NCBI GenBank assembly: GCA_945278685.1
Contig: CALYPW010000001.1
Location: 1-63,049, forward strand
Source: an uncultured Dolosicoccus sp.
GTDB lineage: Bacteria; Bacillota; Bacilli; Lactobacillales; Aerococcaceae
Length of the DNA stretch: 63,049 nucleotides
Direction of reading: 5' to 3'
A program made the translations under genes and the position numbers. Positions 1 through 8,663 of this stretch are shown piece after piece (position 1 is the first letter of the stretch; each line of letters begins with the position of its first letter). The notes under the pieces were generated by a model. That model had not been told where the DNA came from, searched no databases, and saw nothing but the letters and a program-made list of their open reading frames with translations.

Positions 1-84
1 TAATAATCTCATATCTCAAATTCAAACTTATATTTAAACATACTAAACCCCCAAAATCCGTGTCCGTATTTTGGGGTCACATCA
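1..84 (-). mobile_element. Decayed left end of an IS3-family (IS150-group-like) insertion sequence: terminal IR plus truncated orfA start; runs off the window edge
   Basis: The minus strand from 84 reads TGATGTGACCCCAAAATACGGACA, the TG..CCCCAAAA..GGACA pattern of IS150/IS861-type IRs. A GGGGG RBS follows, then ATG at 41 encoding MFKYKFEFEI* (resembles OrfA N-termini MxKYxFEFK) with a premature TGA at 11-9. Confidence 0.65.
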
Positions 85-184
85 TTTTTTGTAATTTAAT
101 GCTGTTGTAAAAGCCTTTTCATGGTATGATTATCTTGAGAGAAATATTGCTAAAACTTACTAAATGAGAGGGATGGGAGACCAT

Positions 185-1903
185 ATGGACTGGGAAAAAG
201 TAATGCAACAATGGGATGCTTTCGAACACTTGGATGCTCATTTACGAGTGGAATTGGACAATTTGTCACAAGAAGAGTTAGAAGATGCCTTTGGGGCTCA
301 GTTGAGTTTCGGAACGGCAGGTATGCGTGGCGTGCTTGGTGTCGGGCCAAACCGCATGAATAAATACACCGTGCGTCAAGCGACTCAAGGCTTGGCGGAA
401 CTGATTAAGAGTGAGGGCGAAGAGGCCATGGCCCGGGGAGTGGCTATCGGCTACGACTCTCGTCATTATTCACCTGAATTTGCTTTGGAATCTGCCTTGG
501 TCTTAGCTAAGAATGGCATCAAGAGCTATTTATTCAGAGACCTACGCCCAACACCGGCAGTTTCTTTTGCTGTGCGTCATTGGGAGGCCTATGCTGGAAT
601 TATGATTACCGCTAGCCACAACCCGAAAGAGTACAACGGTTATAAGGTGTACGGGGAAGATGGCGGTCAAATGCCACCGGAAGACTCTGACCGTCTCACA
701 GAATTCGTACGTGCGGTTGAAAATCCATTGGCAGTGGAAGTGGCCGATGAAGTAGAAGCACGAGACTCAGGCATCCTTCAAATTATCAAACGTGAAACCG
801 ACGATGCCTACTTTGAAGAATTAGCCACGGTTACTATTGACCGTGACCTGATCCAAGAGATGAACGATGATGTGCACATTGTCTTCACTCCGCTTCATGG
901 AACTGGTAAGTACTATGGTGAGAAAGGTTTATCCAATGCTGGGTTTACCAATGTTCATCTTGTAAAAGCTCAGTCAACCATTGACGGAGACTTCCCAACG
1001 GTCGAATCTCCCAACCCTGAATCCGAAGAGGTCTTCACACAAGCGGAGGAATTAGGTCGACAAGTGGATGCAGACATCTTGCTTGCCACGGACCCTGACG
1101 CTGACCGTTTAGGAGCCAAGGCCAAAGATGCCTCCGGGAATTATCAATTATTAACAGGTAACCAGATTGCCTGTGTTATGTTGGATTATATTTTACAAGC
1201 CAAGAGTGACAAAGGTGAATTGCCAAGCAATGGTGTAGCCTGTAAGTCCATCGTTTCTACCAACCTTGCCGACCGCATCATTGAATCTTACGGACTGGAC
1301 ATGGTAGAAGTTCTGACAGGCTTCCGTTTCATTGCTGAAAAGATCGAAGAATACGAGCAAAGCGGTGACCATACCTTCTTGATGGGATTCGAGGAAAGTT
1401 ACGGTTACTTGGTGAAACCATTTGTTCGTGACAAGGATGCGATTCAAGCCCTGGTCGTCTTGGCGGAATTAGTGGCTTACCATAAGAAGCATGGACGTAC
1501 CTTGGTAGATGCCTTGGAAGGCCTCTATGAGAAACATGGTTATTTCTTAGAAAAAACAATTTCTGTCAGGTACCCAGGTCTGGCCGGTGCCCAGCAGATG
1601 AAGGACATCATGGCGCGTATTCGTCGTGAAGGTATTTCCGACTTTGCCGGTATTCAAGTTGTTGAGACTGCCGATTACTTGGTGGGTGAGCGTACAGACG
1701 CCAACGGTCAAGTGGAAGCTCTGAGCGAACCAAGTTCCGATGCCTTGAAATACAAATTGGAAGACGGTAGCTGGGTGGCCTTCCGTCCAAGTGGAACAGA
1801 ACCGCTGATCAAGATGTATTTAGGAGTTGTCGCCGATATTCGTCAAGCAGTCGAGGAAAAAGCGGAAAAAGTCGAAGCAGCTGTTCGTCAAGCTGCCCAA
1901 TAA
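185..1903 (+). CDS. pgm: Phosphoglucomutase/phosphomannomutase (alpha-D-phosphohexomutase)
   Basis: FGTAGMRG, catalytic TASHNP, metal loop DPDADR, FEESYG and RPSGTEP motifs. Start set at ATG 185 after GGGAG (ORF track starts at 164). Confidence 0.93.
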   Translation: MDWEKVMQQWDAFEHLDAHLRVELDNLSQEELEDAFGAQLSFGTAGMRGVLGVGPNRMNKYTVRQATQGLAELIKSEGEEAMARGVAIGYDSRHYSPEFALESALVLAKNGIKSYLFRDLRPTPAVSFAVRHWEAYAGIMITASHNPKEYNGYKVYGEDGGQMPPEDSDRLTEFVRAVENPLAVEVADEVEARDSGILQIIKRETDDAYFEELATVTIDRDLIQEMNDDVHIVFTPLHGTGKYYGEKGLSNAGFTNVHLVKAQSTIDGDFPTVESPNPESEEVFTQAEELGRQVDADILLATDPDADRLGAKAKDASGNYQLLTGNQIACVMLDYILQAKSDKGELPSNGVACKSIVSTNLADRIIESYGLDMVEVLTGFRFIAEKIEEYEQSGDHTFLMGFEESYGYLVKPFVRDKDAIQALVVLAELVAYHKKHGRTLVDALEGLYEKHGYFLEKTISVRYPGLAGAQQMKDIMARIRREGISDFAGIQVVETADYLVGERTDANGQVEALSEPSSDALKYKLEDGSWVAFRPSGTEPLIKMYLGVVADIRQAVEEKAEKVEAAVRQAAQ

Positions 1904-1911
1904 ACCCGTCC

Positions 1912-1945
1912 TGTCTGTCTTCTTGCTAGGAGACAGACATTTTTT
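1912..1945 (+). terminator. Rho-independent terminator after pgm
   Basis: TGTCTGTCTTCT-tgct-AGGAGACAGACA followed by TTTTTT. Confidence 0.8.
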
Positions 1946-2027
1946 GTATTAAATATTCACTTAAGGACACACCCGGGGCTGTGAGTGTGTTATAATGGCG
2001 AAAGGTCTAAGAAAGGGGAGTACCTAC

Positions 2028-2921
2028 ATGTCATATCCAACAGAGTTAGTCATTGTTAGCGGAATGAGTGGAGCAGGTAAAACAGAAGCCATCAAAAGCT
2101 TCGAAGACATGGGGTTCTATGTCGTCGATAATCTGCCACCGAGTATGTTTGGGGCCTTCCTAGATTTGGTCAATAATAGTGAGAAAATCACCAAAGTTGC
2201 CTTGGGAATCGACACGCGTACTTATGAATTTTTCGATACTGTCGATGAGATTCATAACATTTTACGCGAAGATTCCAATCAAAGCATTACCACCTTGTTC
2301 TTGGAAGCAAAAGATGAAGAATTAGTTTCGCGCTTTAAAGAAACGCGTCGCAGTCATCCTTTGGCCGATCAGGGGAGCCTCTTGTCAGAAATCCGCCGAG
2401 AGCGCCGGGTGTTAAGCAATTTACGCACTGGTGCCCAGCACATCATCGATACTACGGATTTAACACCGCGACAGTTACGTGAGCGACTTATGCGCTTGTG
2501 GACCGAAGAGGAAAATCCCATCTTCACCGTGAATCTGATGTCTTTTGGTTTTAAATTCGGCGCACCCATTGATGCGGATATTACCATGGACGTGCGTTTT
2601 CTGCCCAATCCTCATTACATCCCAGAATTACAACCCCAGACAGGGCTGGATCAACCGGTCTATGACTATGTCATGAAGCAAGAAGTCACCGAAGAGTTTT
2701 ATCAGAAATTCACTGATTTGATCTATTTCACCTTGCCTAGTTATGAAGCAGAGGGGAAATCCACGCTGACGATCGGGATCGGCTGTACCGGCGGGAAGCA
2801 CCGTTCCGTCGCCTTGGTGGAACGCTTAGGCAAAGATTTGAAAGCAAAGGGATATAAACTTAATGTGATTCACCGTGACCGTCCAACGACAGAAAATGAG
2901 TTGAAACATCATGAAAAATAA
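2028..2921 (+). CDS. rapZ: RNase adapter / P-loop NTPase RapZ (YvcJ)
   Basis: VIVSGMSGAGKT Walker A, VDNLP, SFGFKFG, DVRFLPNP, GCTGGKHRSV. RBS GGGGAG before ATG 2028; TGtTATAAT extended -10 at ~1988-1996. Confidence 0.95.
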   Translation: MSYPTELVIVSGMSGAGKTEAIKSFEDMGFYVVDNLPPSMFGAFLDLVNNSEKITKVALGIDTRTYEFFDTVDEIHNILREDSNQSITTLFLEAKDEELVSRFKETRRSHPLADQGSLLSEIRRERRVLSNLRTGAQHIIDTTDLTPRQLRERLMRLWTEEENPIFTVNLMSFGFKFGAPIDADITMDVRFLPNPHYIPELQPQTGLDQPVYDYVMKQEVTEEFYQKFTDLIYFTLPSYEAEGKSTLTIGIGCTGGKHRSVALVERLGKDLKAKGYKLNVIHRDRPTTENELKHHEK

Positions 2922-3984
2922 GGATACAAATAGGCGCAAGGTCGCAGTTATTGGCGGGGGAACCGGCCTGTCAGTGATTTTGCGTGGTCTGAAGCGTCTA
3001 GATATGGACATTTCTGCCATTGTGACCGTTGCCGATGATGGCGGAAGTAGTGGTAAGATCCGCGACTTTATCAACATCGTGCCTCCGGGAGACATGAGAA
3101 ACTGTATCGGCGCTTTGGCAGGTGTGGATAATTATTGGGTGGATTTATTCCAGTACCGATTTGATACGGACGATGATTTTCTGTCTGGGCATGCCATTGG
3201 GAACCTACTCATTGCAGCTCTTAAGGAGATTAACGGCTCCATTACATCCACTGTTGAATTGTTGTCTCAATTCATGGAAGTGAAGGGACAAATTTTACCT
3301 GTGGCCGAGGATCCGTTAGTCTTGAATGCTTTATTCGAAGATGGTTCGTGCATTTCCGGAGAATCTAAAATTGGCAAGCAAGGAAAAAAGATAAAAAAAA
3401 TCAGCCTATCGACCATGGACGGACAACCAGCTATCAAGGCGTCTCCGAAGGTGGTGGAGGCCATCAACGAAGCAGACTTAGTAGTCCTAGGGCCGGGAAG
3501 TTTGTACACCAGTATTTTGCCCAATTTGATGGTGGAGGAAGTTGGGTCATCAATTTGTAACACCCAAGCAGAAGTGGTGTATATTTGTAACATTATGACC
3601 CAAATGGGAGAGACCGAAGAGTTCTCGGATTATGATCATGTCCGCGTTCTTCATAAGCATTTGGGCAAAAAATTTATTGATACAGTGCTGGTAAACATCG
3701 ATCAAGTGCCTGAGGAACTGTTGCGTGATCCACAAGATGAAGAGTATCTCTTACCGGTCGCACATGATTTTCAGGGCTTACGCTCCGAGGGATGCCGCGT
3801 GATTTCAGCGGATTTTCTCTCCATTCAAGGCCAGCGCATCTACCATGACACAGATAAGATAGTTCAAGAGCTGTCTCACTTGTTGGACACGGTTGTCTTG
3901 AGTCAACAACGATCGCTGGTCGATCTTGACAGTTCAAAAGGAGAAGTATTAGATGTCAACCTTCGCTTCAGAAGTCAAACATGA
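2911..3984 (+). CDS. yvcK: Gluconeogenesis/morphogenesis factor YvcK (GlmR, CofD-like)
   Basis: [31 protein letters not shown]; conserved rapZ-yvcK-whiA order. Confidence 0.93.
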   Translation: MKNKDTNRRKVAVIGGGTGLSVILRGLKRLDMDISAIVTVADDGGSSGKIRDFINIVPPGDMRNCIGALAGVDNYWVDLFQYRFDTDDDFLSGHAIGNLLIAALKEINGSITSTVELLSQFMEVKGQILPVAEDPLVLNALFEDGSCISGESKIGKQGKKIKKISLSTMDGQPAIKASPKVVEAINEADLVVLGPGSLYTSILPNLMVEEVGSSICNTQAEVVYICNIMTQMGETEEFSDYDHVRVLHKHLGKKFIDTVLVNIDQVPEELLRDPQDEEYLLPVAHDFQGLRSEGCRVISADFLSIQGQRIYHDTDKIVQELSHLLDTVVLSQQRSLVDLDSSKGEVLDVNLRFRSQT

Positions 3985-4882
3985 ATGCACCACCCTAGAG
4001 GTGCACCGTGAACATGCCCGATCAGAATTAACGGCACTGATTCGGATGAACGGCTCTTTGAGCATTCATCAACAAGATTTTATATTAAACATTCAAAGCG
4101 AGAATGCTGGGATTGCTCGACGCATGTTTTCCCTCTTGCGGGACCATTTTGATGCCCAGTGCGAGCTTCTCGTGCGTCGCAAGATGAAATTAAAAAAGAA
4201 CAATGTCTACATTGTCAGGTGTCGCCACAAAGTTTCGGAGATTTTGAAAGCTTTGAATATCTTTGATGGGACGTTGTTGAATCAAGAAGTATCCGCTGAT
4301 ATTCTGGACGACCGTCAATTGATGCGTTCCTATTTACGTGGGGCTTTCTTGGCAGGAGGATCCGTGAACAGTCCTTCGGCCAGTAGCTACCATTTAGAAA
4401 TTTATTCCAATTACGAATCCCACAACGAGAGCTTGATGGAGATGATGAACGCTTTTGATCTCAACGCGCGAACCATTCAGCGTCGCAACGGCTACATTGT
4501 TTATCTAAAAGAAGCAGAGAAGATCGCAGAATTTTTGGCGATCATCGGTGCTAACCAAGGCACTTTTAAGTTCGAAGACGTCCGCATTGTTCGAGACATG
4601 AGAAACTCCGTCAACCGCATTGTCAACTGCGAAAACGCAAATTTAAATAAAGTCATCGATGCTGCCCAGCGCCAGGTCGAAGCCATTAAGCGCATCGAAG
4701 AAGAAGAGGGATTGGACGCTTTGCCTGAACGTTTACAAATTGTGGCAGAATTCCGCTTGAAAAATCCGGATCTAAGCTTGCAGGAATTAGGGGATAACCT
4801 TCCAGGAGGACCCATTTCCAAATCAGGCATCAATCACCGTCTGCGCCGTTTGGTACAAATTGCGAAAGCTTACGATGAATAA
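3953..4882 (+). CDS. whiA: DNA-binding protein WhiA (YvcL)
   Basis: SFASEVK-like start, [38 protein letters not shown]. Confidence 0.95.
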   Translation: MSTFASEVKHECTTLEVHREHARSELTALIRMNGSLSIHQQDFILNIQSENAGIARRMFSLLRDHFDAQCELLVRRKMKLKKNNVYIVRCRHKVSEILKALNIFDGTLLNQEVSADILDDRQLMRSYLRGAFLAGGSVNSPSASSYHLEIYSNYESHNESLMEMMNAFDLNARTIQRRNGYIVYLKEAEKIAEFLAIIGANQGTFKFEDVRIVRDMRNSVNRIVNCENANLNKVIDAAQRQVEAIKRIEEEEGLDALPERLQIVAEFRLKNPDLSLQELGDNLPGGPISKSGINHRLRRLVQIAKAYDE

Positions 4883-4954
4883 AAGATAAATAAATGTATT
4901 CCACTCCTTTTTACGTACTTATAGGTAGTACAAGAAGAAAAGGAGTGATTTTTA

Positions 4955-5371
4955 ATGAATCAAACTGTACTCGTTGGCCGTTTGGTCAGAGATGTAAACG
5001 TGCGCCAAGTAGGTGACAACCACCGAGTGGTGAATAATACTCTGGCAGTGAATCGTCATCACAAGAACCGCAACGGTGAGGTAGAAGCGGATTTTATTCC
5101 CATCGTCGCCTGGGATTACTTGGCGGACTTACTGAAAGAATACGTTCAAAAAGGCGATCAAATCTCCGTTTCCGGACGAATGCAAAGTCGTCAGTACACC
5201 GATGAGAATCAACAGACGGTGTATGTCGTCGAACTCTTGGTGCGAGAAGTGACCTTATTGAACAATGGACGCACGGGCCAAGCACGACAGTCAGTAGACG
5301 TTCCAGATGCCCAAGCACTTAAAGAAGCCATGAATGTTCCGGCCGAACACTCGGCAACAGTAGAAGCATAG
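4955..5371 (+). CDS. ssbB: Short single-stranded DNA-binding protein without an acidic tail (SsbB-like)
   Basis: MNQTVLVGRL, ADFIPIVAW, KGDQISVSGRMQSRQY OB-fold. 138 aa, ends EHSATVEA with no DDLPF tail. Confidence 0.8.
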   Translation: MNQTVLVGRLVRDVNVRQVGDNHRVVNNTLAVNRHHKNRNGEVEADFIPIVAWDYLADLLKEYVQKGDQISVSGRMQSRQYTDENQQTVYVVELLVREVTLLNNGRTGQARQSVDVPDAQALKEAMNVPAEHSATVEA

Positions 5372-5379
5372 AAGAAGAG

Positions 5380-5405
5380 AAGAGGCACAGAGTGGCCTCT
5401 TTTTT
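5380..5405 (+). terminator. Terminator after ssbB
   Basis: AAGAGGCAC-aga-GTGgCCTCTT followed by a T-run. Confidence 0.6.
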
Positions 5406-5439
5406 GTTATAATTGAGCAATGAAAGGAAGGTGTCTGTC

Positions 5440-6999
5440 ATGCGTCTTGTAAGAAAAAATAACCCCCAAGGCTTTACTCGGTTGTTGTTTAGCTTGCCAG
5501 TGCTAGCTGTATGGTTGCTATTAACCCTTGTATCAGGAGTAGGGGCCCAAGAAGTTCTTCGGGTGGCCCGAGAGGACGAGCCTTTGGCTTTGCGTCCTGA
5601 TCATCCCTTGAGTCTCGCAGATCAAGATTTTTTGAGAAATGTGACGGAGGGTTTGACGCGGATCGATTCTGAGGGAAATGTTCAACCAGGCATTGCTGAA
5701 CGTTGGCAAGTCAATGAAGAAGGCACGGTCTACACCTTTTATTTGCGGGAGTCCACATGGAGCGACGGAACCACACTGACAGCGAAGGACGTGGTGAATT
5801 CTTGGAAACGCTTGGGAGAAGAAGCGCGGATGCCCTTGCAGGATTTCTATGGGATTAGACGTTATGAGAAATTCCATCAGCGAGACGGGAAGTTTGAAGA
5901 CACCGGCATTCGGTTAGTGGATGACAGAACCTTGGAGGTAACCCTCGGGAAACCAGATCCTTATTTTATCCACAAGTTGGCCCAGCCTTACTTTGCCCCT
6001 TTTAAAGAGGTAGAAGAAGAGGGCCAAGAAGAAGTGATTCTCAACGGTCCCTATCAATTTCAAGAAAGTGAAGACGAAGAACTTTTGTTGGTCAAGAATG
6101 ACCATTACTGGCGAAAAGACCAAGTCGCCCTCTCGAGAATTCATTACAAACGTGTCACTGAAGATGAGCGCCCTCCCATATCTGAACTGGATTATATCGC
6201 TCCAGAGCTCTTGCATTATTTCCGAGAGGATTTACCAGAAAAGGAGATTCAATCGCAACCTTTAGCGGCCACTTGTTGGTTAAAGGTAAATGTGACCCAT
6301 GACTTGACCAGTAACTTAGATCTTAGAAAGGCACTTTCTCTTGCTGTTGACCGCCAAACCTTGGTCAGAGAATTTGAAGGGTTGCACCTAAAACCGACCA
6401 CACAGCTAGTTCCCAGCCTTGTCACAGGCTTTGAAGAAGAACAATCCTACATTGATGATGGGAATGTGGCAGCGGCCAAGAACTTCTACAAAAAGTCTCT
6501 AGAAGAACTGGGGGGCGACAGTGATCCTTTAGCTCTCACTTTAATTCTGAGAGAAGATGCGGTGGAAGAACGGTTGGCGGAATGGCTAAAGGCTTCCTGG
6601 GAAGAACATTTAGAGGTGAGCATTCAGCTACAAGTTCTTTCAGACAAGAAATATCTGGAAACCTTGGAGAAAGGGGACTATCACTTGGCCCTTGCTGGTT
6701 GGCTGGCGTCCAGGGACGATCCTTTGGAATTTCTGGAGATGTATGCAACCGATGATTCGGGCAATAACGATACGGGTTGGTACAATCAATCCTATTATCA
6801 GTTGATCGATGAACTTAAACGTTCAAAGGATGTCAAAGAACGAGTAACGCTGGCCAGAAATGCGGAAGCTTTGCTGATGCAGGAGCGTCCGATCATTCCG
6901 CTCTTTAATTACAGTGTAAATTATTGGACGCGCCATGGATTCGAACATTTGGAACCGAACGCTTTTTATCATTTGGACTTGTCCCAAGTCAGTCACTAA
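5440..6999 (+). CDS. Peptide ABC transporter substrate-binding protein (family 5, OppA-like), orphan
   Basis: EGLTR..PGIAERW..YTFYLR..WSDG..TAKD, NGPY, KNDHYW, LRKALSLAVDR, IIPLF. Hydrophobic N-terminus; RBS GAAGGTG before ATG 5440. Confidence 0.88.
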   Translation: MRLVRKNNPQGFTRLLFSLPVLAVWLLLTLVSGVGAQEVLRVAREDEPLALRPDHPLSLADQDFLRNVTEGLTRIDSEGNVQPGIAERWQVNEEGTVYTFYLRESTWSDGTTLTAKDVVNSWKRLGEEARMPLQDFYGIRRYEKFHQRDGKFEDTGIRLVDDRTLEVTLGKPDPYFIHKLAQPYFAPFKEVEEEGQEEVILNGPYQFQESEDEELLLVKNDHYWRKDQVALSRIHYKRVTEDERPPISELDYIAPELLHYFREDLPEKEIQSQPLAATCWLKVNVTHDLTSNLDLRKALSLAVDRQTLVREFEGLHLKPTTQLVPSLVTGFEEEQSYIDDGNVAAAKNFYKKSLEELGGDSDPLALTLILREDAVEERLAEWLKASWEEHLEVSIQLQVLSDKKYLETLEKGDYHLALAGWLASRDDPLEFLEMYATDDSGNNDTGWYNQSYYQLIDELKRSKDVKERVTLARNAEALLMQERPIIPLFNYSVNYWTRHGFEHLEPNAFYHLDLSQVSH

Positions 7000-7004
7000 A
7001 GTAC

Positions 7005-7050
7005 AAAAAAAGCACTGGAGCGATGTGATCATCGTTTCCAGTGCTTATTT
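7005..7050. terminator. Bidirectional terminator between the convergent oppA-like gene and tyrS
   Basis: A-run, AAGCACTGGA..CGATG / CATCG..TCCAGTGCTT, T-rich tail. Confidence 0.75.
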
Positions 7051-7059
7051 GTTTGTTTT

Positions 7060-8328
7060 TTAGAGAATTGTGACTAGGAAATAATGACGACGTCCGCGAC
7101 GTAGGACGATGTACTTGCCACCGAAAGCAATGTCGGCACTGACCTGGAAGTCGGTATCCTTGATTTGCTCACCGTTGATGCGGATGGCACCGTTGTTGAT
7201 GAATTCGCGCGCTTGACGCCTGGAATCGACGATTTTAGTTTCGTCGACCAACCACGCAACCAAGTCAAAGGTGTCGTTTTTCATGGTTGCCTGAGGCATA
7301 TTCTTGAAACCTGCTTCGATTTGTTCCACTGCCAACTCTTGAACATTTCCGGTAAAGAGGGCCTCTGTGATGGTTTGGGCTTCTTGTAAAGATTCCTCTC
7401 CGTGCACGAAGCGAGTGATCTCTTCTGCCAAGCGTTTTTGAGCAGCACGTTTGTGAGGCTCTTCCTGGGCGCTAACAGCCAGTTCTTCAATTTCTTCACG
7501 CTCTAGGAAGGTAAAGTATTTGAGGAATTTGACAACGTCATCGTCGGCTTGGTTTAACCAGAATTGGTAGAATTCGTAAGGGGTAGTTTTTTCAGGGTCC
7601 AACCAAATGGCTTCACCTGCAGACTTTCCGAACTTTTGGCCGTCGGAGCGTAGCATGAGAGGAATGGTGAGTCCGTAGGCTTCTGCTTCTGGGCCTTCCA
7701 TGCGGCGGATGAAATCTAATCCGGCTGTAATATTCCCCCACTGGTCAGCACCACCGATTTGCAACTGAATGCCTTCTTCTTTGAAGAGGTGATGGTAGTC
7801 GATGGACTGAAGAATTTGATAGGTAAATTCTGTGAAGGAAATTCCAGTCTCCAGTCGGCTGGCGACGATGTCCTTTTGCAACATGAGGTTAATATTGAAA
7901 TGTTTTCCATAATCTCTTAGGAAATCAAGCAGTGATAGTTCACTCAACCATTCATAGTTGTTCAGGACCGTGAATACTTGGCAGTCTTCCTCAGTTTTAA
8001 TGAAGAGTTTCTCCATTTGGGCCGTTAATTTCCGAGCGTTTTCTTGGACAACTTCCATGGATAGTTGGGTCCTTTCGCTATCGCGTCCGGATGGGTCTCC
8101 GATAGAACCGGTAGCACCCCCAATAATGACAACCGGAATGTGTCCTGCCATTTGGAAACGTCTCAAGATCATGAAGGGAATCAGATGCCCAATGTGCATC
8201 GAATCACCAGTAGGATCAACCCCACAATACAAACGGATCGCTTTTTCTTCGACGAGTTTTTTTAAGCCTTCTTCATCCGTTTGCTGGTAGATCGCATCGC
8301 GCCATTGCAAATCATCAATAATTGACAT
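7060..8328 (-). CDS. tyrS: Tyrosine--tRNA ligase
   Basis: YCGVDPTGDSMHIGH, QIGGADQWGNI, KFGKS, C-terminal S4-like domain. RBS AAGGAG before ATG 8328. Confidence 0.97.
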   Translation of the reverse strand: MSIIDDLQWRDAIYQQTDEEGLKKLVEEKAIRLYCGVDPTGDSMHIGHLIPFMILRRFQMAGHIPVVIIGGATGSIGDPSGRDSERTQLSMEVVQENARKLTAQMEKLFIKTEEDCQVFTVLNNYEWLSELSLLDFLRDYGKHFNINLMLQKDIVASRLETGISFTEFTYQILQSIDYHHLFKEEGIQLQIGGADQWGNITAGLDFIRRMEGPEAEAYGLTIPLMLRSDGQKFGKSAGEAIWLDPEKTTPYEFYQFWLNQADDDVVKFLKYFTFLEREEIEELAVSAQEEPHKRAAQKRLAEEITRFVHGEESLQEAQTITEALFTGNVQELAVEQIEAGFKNMPQATMKNDTFDLVAWLVDETKIVDSRRQAREFINNGAIRINGEQIKDTDFQVSADIAFGGKYIVLRRGRRHYFLVTIL

Positions 8329-8371
8329 TGGAACACTCCTTTGAATAAAATAATAATGTCGTTGCTTATTA

Positions 8372-8400
8372 ATTATAGGTCTCAAAGCCTCTATATGCAA
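8372..8400 (-). promoter_or_regulatory. Sigma-A promoter of tyrS
   Basis: Minus strand TTGCAT-N17-TATAAT; the -10 ends 44 nt before the start codon. Confidence 0.75.
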
Positions 8401-8445
8401 CGTTCCTCTTGGTGGACGAACGCAAGATGATGGAAAACCCCTTAA

Positions 8446-8484
8446 TGTTACAGACGTGTTACGGAAGGGGTATGAATGTGTTAA
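8446..8484 (+). promoter_or_regulatory. WalR (YycF/VicR) binding site upstream of the NlpC/P60 hydrolase
   Basis: TGTTAC-agacg-TGTTAC (8446-8462) matches TGT(A/T)A(A/T/C)-N5-TGT(A/T)A(A/T/C). An extra in-phase half-site TGTTAA lies at 8479; candidate promoter TTTACT-N17-TATTGT at 8501-8529. Confidence 0.75.
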
Positions 8485-8663
8485 AGGTGGCCAAAATAAC
8501 TTTACTTGAATCTCGAAGACTAGTATTGTTATTACTAGTCGATAAATATATCGAAGTTTTTATCTTTTTCATCTTGAATTTTCAAAAAGATATTATGACC
8601 TATAGTAGTCGTTAATTTTACATAACTAACAATGATTGGATCAATTAAGGAGAGAGTTACCAA

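Noticed and set aside
106-121. Possible cre site upstream of pgm (TAAAAGCCTTTTCA)
   Set aside because: It lacks the conserved TG and central CG, so it is too weak to call.
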